Source: Chloropicon primus
Taxonomy: Eukaryota
DNA: 64,000 bases
Reading direction: 5' to 3'
Assembly (NCBI GenBank): GCA_023205875.1
Contig: CP060757.1
Location: forward strand, 1,054,001 to 1,118,000
The translations under genes and the position numbers were made by a program. Below, piece after piece: positions 30,301-38,917 of the stretch; position 1 is the stretch's first letter; each line of letters begins with the position of its first letter. The notes below the pieces were generated by a model. That model did no database searches. It had not been told where the DNA came from and saw only the letters and a program-made list of their open reading frames with translations.

Positions 30301-31249
30301 GCACGCCGGGGCATTCATCGGAGCCGCCAGCGCCGAGGGTTCCAACAACATTGTTGGTCACGACCCAATCGCCAACCTCGAGGTCGATTCTGTGGCCAGC
30401 GGCAACGCTGAGGTTGTCCTGGCAACGGATGGAACTCAATATGGCCGCACCAGGAACTTTGCAGACAACGTGGGCGTCGCCTTCACCAATGCTGATTGGG
30501 GCGAGGGCGGTGAGACGGACACTGCAAGCTCTGCCTTCTCCATGAGCGCTATCTTGCACCCCGGTGAATACTTCAGAGAGCCAGGATTCTTGTCCATCGA
30601 CCAGCACAACTTCCTCCACGCCAATGTCGGTGGCTCCAAGGCCTTTGGGTACGGAATCGGCAGCGGTGCCGGTACCGCCTCTGCTGACGAGCGCTTCCGA
30701 TCCATCGACGGAAGGGCAAGAGGCAGCGGAATTGGTATGGGAACTAGTGTAGCCGGGGGAATCAATGTCGACGGCTTCGATCTCTCCGGAGCGGTTGCTC
30801 TTGGAGGTGGAGTCGGAACTGGCTTCACTAGTGCTACTGGGAAGGTCAATCCAAACCCGTACGACCAGGACGGTCAGGTCATGACGATAAACCTTGGGGC
30901 CGGGGGCTCTTCCGTGAAAACGGTGGGTCACGCCACGGGCCAGGCCACGGGTGGCGGAGGCGCCGGCGGAAGTGGAGACTTCGTTCTCGGAGAATCCATG
31001 GGACTTGATTACCTTGGTGCGATGGCGCATGCCTCCGGAAACGGACATGGGTCCGCTGCGGTCCGCGTGCCTAGCGCCGTGGATGCTGGAGTGTTGGAGG
31101 AAGTGGGCGCTTCCGGATACGGTTACGGAAACGGTGGAGCCGAGGCTTCCAGGGACGAGAGCCAAGACCCCGTGATTGTTGGCAGCGGAACTCTGTATGG
31201 CTCGGGAGCGGCAGTGATGATCACGGGAATCAACCGAGACGAGAGCTAG
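27329..31249 (+). CDS. Large secreted Ala/Gly/Ser-rich protein (1306 aa), unknown function
   Basis: Signal peptide MLAVLVLAALAGTA, then RQLL, then a long small-residue-rich region. Uninterrupted 3.9-kb ORF with TGTAA just after the stop. Confidence 0.85.
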   Translation: MKTRHDKGRRRTMLAVLVLAALAGTAVPPIQGATPASTRTGRVADPVQPWSPVARATSRHHRQLLGITSSESSSESSTTGFALNGQSASFGTRASGEVAKDGDNAVSDSSSDATLDIVSMVGEIASDAKSVAAQPEGEASTHSRATAVTTKRADTDAIAHAKVSALPRQHHSSKSSKKKASPSKGKKAFADATGFAIAEGLGPGQTTTSISSLASLIAEEVADDGRKGFATGRAKGQTELAGMARTDDWSPLVSVSDSAIRLDAHADPAGSTDATAHVAGESFSLGHLVQQFAHSAGMADAFDTASAKDKGPSSESQSDADAAGSATGSATTITGENLAKTVVGVGAGAGAYADAGNAGGLGGGADGTSRGSGGGYAEAIAEPHQVGSGNPEAVTMKYADLYTEAGSSVDAEAIGPNMFADISVGAHQAAGGSTESSSLFGRTFVTGDTVADASALAGQGSSVGYVLMGAGSMGGVSTESGILAVSEGPPRYGASSTFVGGYADVASASSTLPPAYTAGAGTMGEAMFDLDSQASAISQWKSDAPSVSSIQGTIGASIESESGFDSSSGTAVEADSKVGGRAQSSSVEEGDETYVRHQSAGNAATNAVSSAFGDGKDAWKTGTATVGGMATEAAIDAHSGVESFAHPDDVWKAPPLLTMGQTDTTVESRSGSATSLDTDGIATGLGDAPASETYGSAGSMASEGHAYNHAVSGLMSNTWSETLVGAGAAQEGHVVPYDIHGYPYIYGDDWKVLDYPGTAFGTALGGATGLGTVVLAQESEWGTRVNGGAASDAVAAAGAEDFLAASKYGSVAVSDAGAAASGEGRGYGSTLYDGVVDAWNRGMIYARGQGNANVANAAGTEAADFTKLGVGIAGGAARGGGLAEVSAENAWYGHGGSSGAAVGAAEAENFGMSVVDDARAGEGTGDPDVSFSLQDGLGAGTGYASVAIYPTKEIQPTQPKGVVSALVKSDGFTTGLAGTSMGFFDTGDVLTHAGAFIGAASAEGSNNIVGHDPIANLEVDSVASGNAEVVLATDGTQYGRTRNFADNVGVAFTNADWGEGGETDTASSAFSMSAILHPGEYFREPGFLSIDQHNFLHANVGGSKAFGYGIGSGAGTASADERFRSIDGRARGSGIGMGTSVAGGINVDGFDLSGAVALGGGVGTGFTSATGKVNPNPYDQDGQVMTINLGAGGSSVKTVGHATGQATGGGGAGGSGDFVLGESMGLDYLGAMAHASGNGHGSAAVRVPSAVDAGVLEEVGASGYGYGNGGAEASRDESQDPVIVGSGTLYGSGAAVMITGINRDES

Positions 31250-31350
31250 GACCCCTTGTAAGTTGCGAACGGAGACAAAAACGCGTAAACCAAGACAGAT
31301 GAATGAACTTCTGCATGTAACACATAAACCCAACTCCACTTGAGTCGTCT

Positions 31351-32304
31351 CTAGTCCGAGCTATCAGACATCTCTTCGTCGGAAACAAAGTCCTCGTGGT
31401 TTGCGACCTCGAGGTCGGGGTTCAGAACAAAGTCCACCATGTGACTGAGAACGGGATTGTACTCCTGCGCAACCTTCTCGGCCCCTTTCTCGCTAACCTT
31501 GTCCGTTCGCTCCTTGGCAGCCTCCCCGACCGTCGCCTGCTTTGGGACTTCCTCCGCCACCTTCCCCTCCCCCTCCGCGGCGGGGTCGCGGACCTTCGGG
31601 GCAGGGGGGTTCCTCTCCGCCTCCGGCGTGTCCACCGCCATGTCGTCAGCCTTGGCGGGGGTCTTGGCGACCCCGCCGCTCTGAATGTCCTCGCTGTGAA
31701 GCACAGAGGCGTCCATGTGCCACTTTTGCGGGGCCGGTGGAGAAAAGTGCCAGAAACCAGTGGAGTTCCCGACAGGCTGCAAGAAGGGACCGATCACCCC
31801 CCACCTCGGGTCGCCGGGAACGTAATTCGGAGGCGAGAACGTAGTGAAGGCGAGCCTGTGCGCGTAAGCTATCAAGCTCTTCCAGCTCCCGGGGCCCCTG
31901 TTCCTGTTCCGATAAAACTCCTTCTGGCTCAGCTTCAGCAGGTCCAGCTTGTCCCCAGACTTCTTGCACACAGCTTCGAGGTGGGCGAACATCAGGGCGA
32001 GGTCCCTCTCGATGCGATCCGCCTCCTCACGCCGGCCCTCTCCCTTCGCCGCCTTCAACCCCTCCAGAGCCGACTGCAAGCTCCCGACCACCCTATCTCT
32101 CGTTCCCTGCACCCTTTGCTCGAAACTGCCCGTGCTGCCCGATCCCCCCCCTTCCCCCTCGCCGACCTTCTCCTTGCACAAGTCCACCAGGTCGGCGAAG
32201 TCGCTCGATGCGCTCGCCCCCGATGTCGAGGGCGCACCCCCAGACCCCTCCCCTCCCGGTGACTCCACCCGCCTTCGCTTCGCCTCCACCAACTCCATCG
32301 CCAT
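31351..32304 (-). CDS. MED4: Mediator subunit 4-like
   Basis: LIAYAHRLAFTTFSPP and PPAPQ..MDASVL match plant MED4 core motifs; acidic tail DFVLNPDL...SDSSD. Confidence 0.8.
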   Translation of the reverse strand: MAMELVEAKRRRVESPGGEGSGGAPSTSGASASSDFADLVDLCKEKVGEGEGGGSGSTGSFEQRVQGTRDRVVGSLQSALEGLKAAKGEGRREEADRIERDLALMFAHLEAVCKKSGDKLDLLKLSQKEFYRNRNRGPGSWKSLIAYAHRLAFTTFSPPNYVPGDPRWGVIGPFLQPVGNSTGFWHFSPPAPQKWHMDASVLHSEDIQSGGVAKTPAKADDMAVDTPEAERNPPAPKVRDPAAEGEGKVAEEVPKQATVGEAAKERTDKVSEKGAEKVAQEYNPVLSHMVDFVLNPDLEVANHEDFVSDEEMSDSSD

Positions 32305-32366
32305 CGTGTGTGTGTGAGAGAGAGAGAAGAGGGAGGGCCAAAATCGATCGATCGGCTGCGCAAGGG

Positions 32367-33085
32367 ATGAGGGTGGTGCTGAGGGAAGTGGTAGGATGCC
32401 TGGGGAGGCTGAGGGCGAGGGGGGGGACGGAGGCGATGGAGGAGGTGTCGGCATGCTTCCTGAGCCTGTCCGGGAGGCGGCTCTTCTCCACCTCAGACCT
32501 TGCTGAGACGGAGAAGCAAAAGGAATTAGATATGGCCTTCGTGAAAGACAGGAGGGCTTGGAAGGCCAAGCTGAAGGACCTGAGGAAGCAGTACGCGGAG
32601 GAATGGTAAGCGGGATCCAAGGGAGGGGGCGAAAGTCTCCGAGGTCTTTGTTCTCAACGGGTTCTGACTTCTTTTACTCTCTCTCTCTTTGCTTTCTCGT
32701 GTTCGTGGTTGAAATTCTCTTCTTGTTGGTCCCCTCGATCCACAGGGAGGCGCTGGACAAGTCTGTGCTGAGGAAGACCAAGCTGAAGCGCAAGGAGGGT
32801 TACCAGCCCCTGAACCGTGAGGTTCTCATGGAAAGCGCACGCAAGCGCTGGCAGGAGAACGAGGAGCGGAAGGCGAACCTCAGGTTGCTGGAGGAGGGCT
32901 GGCTCAAGGGAAAGGAGGAGAGGGCCAAGAAGCGTGACAAGGTCATGGATGTTGTGGACAAGGAGAGGCAGGCCGCGGAGGCAAGGAGGCTCCTGTGGCT
33001 CATGGAAAGGAGCGAAGAATGGGTGCCAGAAGAGAACCTGGATCTCGCCATAGCAGCAGCCATACTCGAGCCAACGGAGTTGTAG
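32367..33085 (+). CDS. Probable mitochondrial ribosomal protein mS26; 2 exons (32367-32605, 32746-33085)
   Basis: Mito-like leader (RRLFSTS), LKDLRKQYAEE, charged coiled coil and C-terminal WVPEENLDLAIAAA; intron 32606-32745 splits a Trp codon. Confidence 0.6.
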
Positions 33086-33226
33086 ACGGCAAGACCGCCT
33101 GGCCACAAAACCTCTGCAAGGACTGTAAGAGGACTCAGCACCACTCAATATAAATAGCAATAATTCACAAAACGTTTTTGTAACAATAATACAGATATAC
33201 AAACGTCCCCCGCTCTTTGGGTCCTC

Positions 33227-35167
33227 TCACCCTACTCCTGGGCTGGTGTAAAAGTGCGGCGCGAGCTCCGTGAGCCAGTCCTGCTCCACGGCCAGCACCT
33301 CAAACATCTCATGGGTCGCCGGCCCGGTCTGAATGGCGCGGGTGTACAGGACGCATTTTGGCTGGTTCCTGTGCAGCACCGAGGACTCGTGCACCTTCGT
33401 GACCACCTTCCCCCTCACAGTGGTGTACGTTGCCCTCCCCTTCCCGTCGGTAGAGGTCGACGACAACACTGCAGAGTTCGCAAACAAACCGTGAGCGAGG
33501 GCCTTTCGAACAGGAAGCGTTTCCTTGTCGCTGCTCGAGTGCTTGATCCCGAGTCCCTCCAGAGCAGACCAAAGCTGGCTTTTGACGCCTAGAACCTTCA
33601 TCATGGCGTTGTAGTTGACGCAGTGCCTGTCGCACCACCCGGGACTGCGTTTGGCTTCGAGGAAGCCCTTGTAGACGTTCAGGTAAGTGACGTGATCGCC
33701 CTCTGCGACTGCAAATTTCATTTTTTGCCTCTCCATTTCCTTCCTGCCCCTTCCCAGTTGCCACACGGACGACTTCACAGTCATCACGGCCGCGACAATC
33801 AGGAGCTCCTCCACGCACCCGAGCTCGCCCGAGACCAAAAGCGGCTTCGCGACTGTGGGGTGGACAGGGAGCTCGGCCATGTGAGCGCCCAGGGGCGAAG
33901 TCAGCCTGGACTCTTGATCAAGGGCCCCCAGGGCATGGAGCAACTCCAGCGCTCTCACCATGGCTTCGGCGGAGGGGGGCGCGATCCAATCGAAGGACAT
34001 GATGTTGTCGACGCCCAGGGCCTTCAGCTGCAGGACGACGTGCGACAGCTCGCTCCTTTGCATCTCCGGCACGGAGCTCTCGGGAAGCAAACCAGACTCG
34101 TAGGCCTCCCGCGTGCACAAGCGAAAGCATTTCCCGGGCCTCACCCTGCCCGCGCGCCCTGCTCTCTGCACGGCCGATGCCTTCGACTCCGGGCACGTCA
34201 CGACGGACTCCAGACTCGTGATCGGATCGTAGTACCTCTCCCTCTGGAAGCAGCAGTCCACGACGTAGGCAATGCCGTCAATAGTCAAGCTGGTCTCCGC
34301 GACGCTGGTGGACAGGACCACCTTCCTGTGATTCCTGGGCGCTGGCCTGAGCGCTTGCAGTTGTTTGGACGTCGGCATGCCCTCGTGGAGCGCAAGGGGA
34401 ACCAGGTCATCCGCGCCCCCCCTCTGCCTCTCAAAGTCGTTCTGCTCCTCTATCAGCTCCAGCGCCTGCGAGACGTCTTCCTCGCCAGGAAAGAACACCA
34501 GGACGTCGCCAGGCCTCTCGTTCTTGTGGATTTTCACCACGGTGTCAACGGCCTCGGAGATATAGCTGCTGGCTGGTACCTTGGCGTACAAGATGTCCAC
34601 GTCGTGCAGCGTCCCCTCGACGGACACGATTGCTGCTCCCCCGAAAAAAGTGGCCAGGGCCTCGGCGTCAATGGTAGCAGAGGAGATGATGACCCGCAAG
34701 TCTGGTCGCCTCCTCTGGACCTTCTTGAGCAGGCCCAGGACCACGTCCGTCGCCAAGCTGCGCTCGTGGGCCTCGTCCACCATGACCACGGTGTACGGCG
34801 AGAGCAGAGGGTCGCGCTGCATCAGACTGACCAACGCTTCGTCCGTGGAGAACTCTATGGAGCTGGTCGATCCTCCCTCGTCCGTCCTCGCCTCAAAGCT
34901 GGAGGCCCTGTACCCCACCTCCCCCCCGACCACGGCACCCATTTCCTCCGCCACCCGGTGCGCCACGGAAACCACCACAAGCTCCCTCGGCTGCGTGCAA
35001 AGGACCTTGCTGCCCTCGGCCGTCCAGCCGCTCCGGTGGAGGTACTGCGGGATCTGGGTCGTCTTACCGCAACCCGTGTGACCCACGACCACTACGGTCG
35101 CGTTCTTCTCCACGAGGTACAGGAGCTCCCGCCGGACCCGGGATATCGGCAACCCCCCCCCCTCCAT
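33227..35167 (-). CDS. DHX35: DEAH-box RNA helicase, DHX35-like
   Basis: GHTGCGKTTQIPQYL, DEAHER, SSAT, AETSLTIDGI, QRAGRAGR, EGDH; ATG at 35167. Confidence 0.88.
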   Translation of the reverse strand: MEGGGLPISRVRRELLYLVEKNATVVVVGHTGCGKTTQIPQYLHRSGWTAEGSKVLCTQPRELVVVSVAHRVAEEMGAVVGGEVGYRASSFEARTDEGGSTSSIEFSTDEALVSLMQRDPLLSPYTVVMVDEAHERSLATDVVLGLLKKVQRRRPDLRVIISSATIDAEALATFFGGAAIVSVEGTLHDVDILYAKVPASSYISEAVDTVVKIHKNERPGDVLVFFPGEEDVSQALELIEEQNDFERQRGGADDLVPLALHEGMPTSKQLQALRPAPRNHRKVVLSTSVAETSLTIDGIAYVVDCCFQRERYYDPITSLESVVTCPESKASAVQRAGRAGRVRPGKCFRLCTREAYESGLLPESSVPEMQRSELSHVVLQLKALGVDNIMSFDWIAPPSAEAMVRALELLHALGALDQESRLTSPLGAHMAELPVHPTVAKPLLVSGELGCVEELLIVAAVMTVKSSVWQLGRGRKEMERQKMKFAVAEGDHVTYLNVYKGFLEAKRSPGWCDRHCVNYNAMMKVLGVKSQLWSALEGLGIKHSSSDKETLPVRKALAHGLFANSAVLSSTSTDGKGRATYTTVRGKVVTKVHESSVLHRNQPKCVLYTRAIQTGPATHEMFEVLAVEQDWLTELAPHFYTSPGVG

Positions 35168-35364
35168 CACGACGACGGCGACTCCCTCGTCCACTCAAGG
35201 CAAAGGGGCGACGACCTCCACCATCCGCTCCATCTGTCAGGGGACGAGGCAGCGGAAGTGTTCGTCCTCGTCGACGATATCAGGGAGGAAGAGCAGGAGG
35301 CTTGGGGGGCTTGTACCAAAGGAGATGGGTGATGGATGAAGAGGATGGATGGTTGATCCACATA

Positions 35365-37098
35365 TTACACATCTGGATTATTAGCGGCCTTGTTGTTCGT
35401 GGCCTTGTACAGCCTGTACCAGCTGAACGTCTCGATGCTGAGCGCGGTGAGGATGGAAGGGACGAGAGAGTGAGTCAGGTAGACCTCACTGGTGAGGTAC
35501 AGCCAGTACGCGGCCTCGATCCATACGTACTTCCGCCGGGCCTTCTGCTTGGTCTGCCAATTCGACAGCTTCTTCGCCAGTTCCGAGACCCTTTTGCTCG
35601 CCCAAAGTCCTCGTTCAGGGAACTCCTTCGCGGTGGTCCCGACCACTTTCTGCTTCAAGGCCTCCTTGGCACGAACTCTCTCATCCACTTTGACATTCCT
35701 GACGTCCTTCAGGTACTTGACGACGGACTTCAGGTCGCCGTCCACCAAGAGGTCGTTGCTCATGGCGTCCGGGTTGTACACGAGCTCGCTGAGGAGCTCG
35801 TCCTCCCTCTTCTCCACCTCGTTCAGCTGCAAATCGATGGAGGTGATCATCGCCGCGACCACGAGGACGACGAAAGGTCCAGAGGAGAAGGTGCTCACGG
35901 GAAGGGTGTTGACGATGCTTCCCATGGCCATGGACGCGGTCTCCAGGTCCGTCGCCAGCTCGTTAGGCTTCGCCCACCCGTAGACCCCGAAGTTCTCCAG
36001 CAGCAGCCCTTGGAGGAACCCGAGCGCGACGATGAGCTCGGAGCCGATGATGGCGGTATCGAAACACAGGTACGTCGGGAAAGGCAGGGTCGCCTCCGGG
36101 ATGCTCCCGTCGAGCTCCGCGTCCCCCGACGGCTTGGTCAGCTCGTCCACCTTCATGTACTCCATGTCGTACGAGAAGGTTTGCTCCAGGTACTCGTCGA
36201 GAAGTTGGAAGTTGCTCAGCACGGGCTTCACGGTCGGAAGCTGGGTGAGGCCCGCGAGGAGCAGGGGCGGGCTGACCAGGCCGATCCAGTCGCGCGCCTC
36301 CGCCAGGCTGGTCGGAACTTTCCACCACCAGGAGGTGTCCTCTCCCAGCACGAGGGACTCCAAGGCCCAAGCGAGGGAGGCGACTCCCACCGTCAAGAAG
36401 GTGACCGAGATGTAGTTGAGCTTCTGGGCCTCCAGCCCGAGCTCCAGCCCCAGGAACTCGTCCAGCTCTCGCTCCTCTTGGTCGAGGTTCGACTCCACGT
36501 CCCTCATGACGACCTTCAGCTCCTGCCGCACGAGCTCCCGCTGGAGGGCCTCCACCTTCTTCCTCATCTTCTTTATGTTCTCCACGTCCGTCGTCGCGGT
36601 GGAGGGGGGCTTCGCCTCCGAGAGCTCCGTGACCTGACGCACCAACGTCTCTATCTTCCCCGCGTCGGTCGCCTCCTCCCCGTCCTCGCTCGCAGCGGCC
36701 TTGCCACTGGCTCGGGCCTCCGCCCCAGCGGCATCCCTCTCCCTCGCCCTCACGAGGAGGGTCTCCAGGGCGTTCTCCACCTCTGGCACCAGTCTCCCCA
36801 CTTGCTCGCAGTCCTGCCCCTCCGCCGCGACCTTCATCTTCTCCACAAGCTCCTTGTACCCCCTCTCCTCCTCGTCCTCAGGGTCCGCGACGTCGCGAGA
36901 GACCTCGACCTCCGTCACTTCTTCGCCCTCCCCCGCCCCCCCCGTCTCTGCCCTCTCGCTCCTGCACCCCACCCCCACGAGCCTGCTCCTCCTCGCCGTC
37001 CACCTCGCCGTCCACCTCCCCACCCTCCTCCTCCTCGCCGTCGACGTGGCCTCCACCCCCACCACCCCTGTCCTGCACCCTCCTCTGACGCCCATCAT
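35365..37098 (-). CDS. Probable plastid membrane protein with a coiled coil and a degenerate CPBP/Abi-like region
   Basis: Arg-rich transit-like leader and several TMs. GSELIVALGFLQG and LYLTSEVYLTHSLVPSILT resemble CPBP motifs 1 and 4 without the catalytic residues. Confidence 0.55.
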   Translation of the reverse strand: MMGVRGGCRTGVVGVEATSTARRRRVGRWTARWTARRSRLVGVGCRSERAETGGAGEGEEVTEVEVSRDVADPEDEEERGYKELVEKMKVAAEGQDCEQVGRLVPEVENALETLLVRARERDAAGAEARASGKAAASEDGEEATDAGKIETLVRQVTELSEAKPPSTATTDVENIKKMRKKVEALQRELVRQELKVVMRDVESNLDQEERELDEFLGLELGLEAQKLNYISVTFLTVGVASLAWALESLVLGEDTSWWWKVPTSLAEARDWIGLVSPPLLLAGLTQLPTVKPVLSNFQLLDEYLEQTFSYDMEYMKVDELTKPSGDAELDGSIPEATLPFPTYLCFDTAIIGSELIVALGFLQGLLLENFGVYGWAKPNELATDLETASMAMGSIVNTLPVSTFSSGPFVVLVVAAMITSIDLQLNEVEKREDELLSELVYNPDAMSNDLLVDGDLKSVVKYLKDVRNVKVDERVRAKEALKQKVVGTTAKEFPERGLWASKRVSELAKKLSNWQTKQKARRKYVWIEAAYWLYLTSEVYLTHSLVPSILTALSIETFSWYRLYKATNNKAANNPDV

Positions 37099-37373
37099 TC
37101 TTTCACCTTCCCCCCGACGGACTCCCGAGCGCCAAACTTCGCCAGTGAGGGCAACACTCGAAAACCCTTGGACCGAACTATCGTCCGCCTGCCCTCTCCC
37201 TCTCCCTTCCTCCTCGTCCAACCCAGCAGAGAGCCTACCCCGCTCGAGAGCTGAGATCGTCTCGTCGTCGTCTGCTCTCAATCCAAAACCGGAGGGAGGG
37301 AAGAGGAGTGAGAAGCAGAAGCAAGCGGCGAGGTGGCTTGACTTGGTCGAGGACGAGTGGTGGGCAGGCAGGG

Positions 37374-38846
37374 ATGGGAGAGGAGTCTGCGAGGAGCGCG
37401 AGCTGCTCGACGACGTCGGACGTGGAGGACGAGGAGGACTACAGGCGCGGGGGCTACCACCCGTGCAGGATAGGAGACGCGTTCAAGGACGGAAAATACA
37501 CAGTCGTGCGGAAGCTTGGTTGGGGCCACTTCTCGACGGTGTGGCTCGTAAAGATCAACAACGCATCGGGCGACGGAAACGGAAATGCCGGGGGCGAGAA
37601 GGCCGTGTACGGCGCGCTGAAGATACAAAAGTCCGCGTCCCACTACACCGAGGCGGCGAGGGACGAGATTAAGATCCTCAAGCAGATCAGGGAGGCGGAC
37701 CAGGAGCGAAAAGTCCCGGTCGCCCACCTCCTGGACTGGTTCGAGCATGTGGGCCCGAACGGCACCCATGTGTGCATAGTGATGGAGAGCCTGGGCGACA
37801 ACCTGCTCACCCTCGTGAAGCTCTACGACTACAGGGGAATCCCGATGGAGGTGGTGAAGATGGTGGCCCGGTGCTCTCTGCAGGCGCTGGACTTCCTCCA
37901 CAGCAAGCTCCAGATAATTCACACGGACCTTAAGCCGGAGAACATTCTGCTGATGGGCAAGGTTCCCAAGATGCTGATCAAGGAGAAGAGAAAGCCGAAG
38001 AAGAAGAAGAAGCGTCAGGAGAACGGCAACGGTGAAAAATTGTCGGAGGGCAAGGCGCAGCAGCAAGCGGCTCAGCCCGTGCACCCGGAGGGCAAGATCG
38101 CAAAGCTGCTGGCCTCGGGACAGCCTCTCACGAAGAACCAGAAGAAGAAGCTGAAGAAGAAGCAGAAGAAGGTGGCGGCGATGTCCTCGAATCCCGAAGC
38201 GGAGCGGGCAGAGGAGACCGCTCCGGAAGCCAGCCCGGGCGGCAAAGAGACGGAAGTGGAGGCCAGCCAGACCGCGAGGGAGGAGGAGGTGAAGGAGGAG
38301 GAGGTGAAGATGGCGGCAGAGGAGCTCGCCAACTTGGAGAGCCAGATACCGAAGGATTGCAAAGTAATTGACCTCGGCAACGCTTGCTGGACGTACAAGA
38401 AGTTCACCTCGGACATCCAAACTCGCCAATACCGGTGTCCAGAGGTTATCCTGGGCGCAAGTTACTCAACTCCAGCGGATGTCTGGTCCCTGGCGTGCAT
38501 CATTTTTGAACTGATCACCGGCGACTACTTGTTCGAGCCAAAGACGGGCGGGGACTACTCGAGGGACGAGGACCACCTGGCTCTGTTTCAAGAAGCTCTC
38601 GGGAAGATGCCAAAGAGGATTGCCTTAAAGGGGAAGTACGCAAGAGACTTCTTCAACAGGAACGGCGAGCTCAGGCATATCAAAAAGCTGCAGCACTGGC
38701 CCCTCACGGACGTGTTCATCGACAAGTATGAGATCGAGCCCGAGGAGGCAGAATGCATTGCATCCTTCCTTTACCCCATGCTCGAATACGAGCCAGAGAA
38801 AAGGGCAACAGCCTTCGAGTGCCTCCAGCACCCGTGGCTCGCTTGA
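37374..38846 (+). CDS. SRPK: SR protein kinase
   Basis: EDYRRGGYHP, KLGWGHFSTVWL, HTDLKPEN, spacer insert, DLGNACW, DIQTRQYRCPEV. Confidence 0.97.
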   Translation: MGEESARSASCSTTSDVEDEEDYRRGGYHPCRIGDAFKDGKYTVVRKLGWGHFSTVWLVKINNASGDGNGNAGGEKAVYGALKIQKSASHYTEAARDEIKILKQIREADQERKVPVAHLLDWFEHVGPNGTHVCIVMESLGDNLLTLVKLYDYRGIPMEVVKMVARCSLQALDFLHSKLQIIHTDLKPENILLMGKVPKMLIKEKRKPKKKKKRQENGNGEKLSEGKAQQQAAQPVHPEGKIAKLLASGQPLTKNQKKKLKKKQKKVAAMSSNPEAERAEETAPEASPGGKETEVEASQTAREEEVKEEEVKMAAEELANLESQIPKDCKVIDLGNACWTYKKFTSDIQTRQYRCPEVILGASYSTPADVWSLACIIFELITGDYLFEPKTGGDYSRDEDHLALFQEALGKMPKRIALKGKYARDFFNRNGELRHIKKLQHWPLTDVFIDKYEIEPEEAECIASFLYPMLEYEPEKRATAFECLQHPWLA

Positions 38847-38917
38847 TTCGGCTGCTGCCGTTGTTGTTTGCTCAAAAGTAAAATGATATATTTATGTGAT
38901 AGCTTGTGTACAAATTC

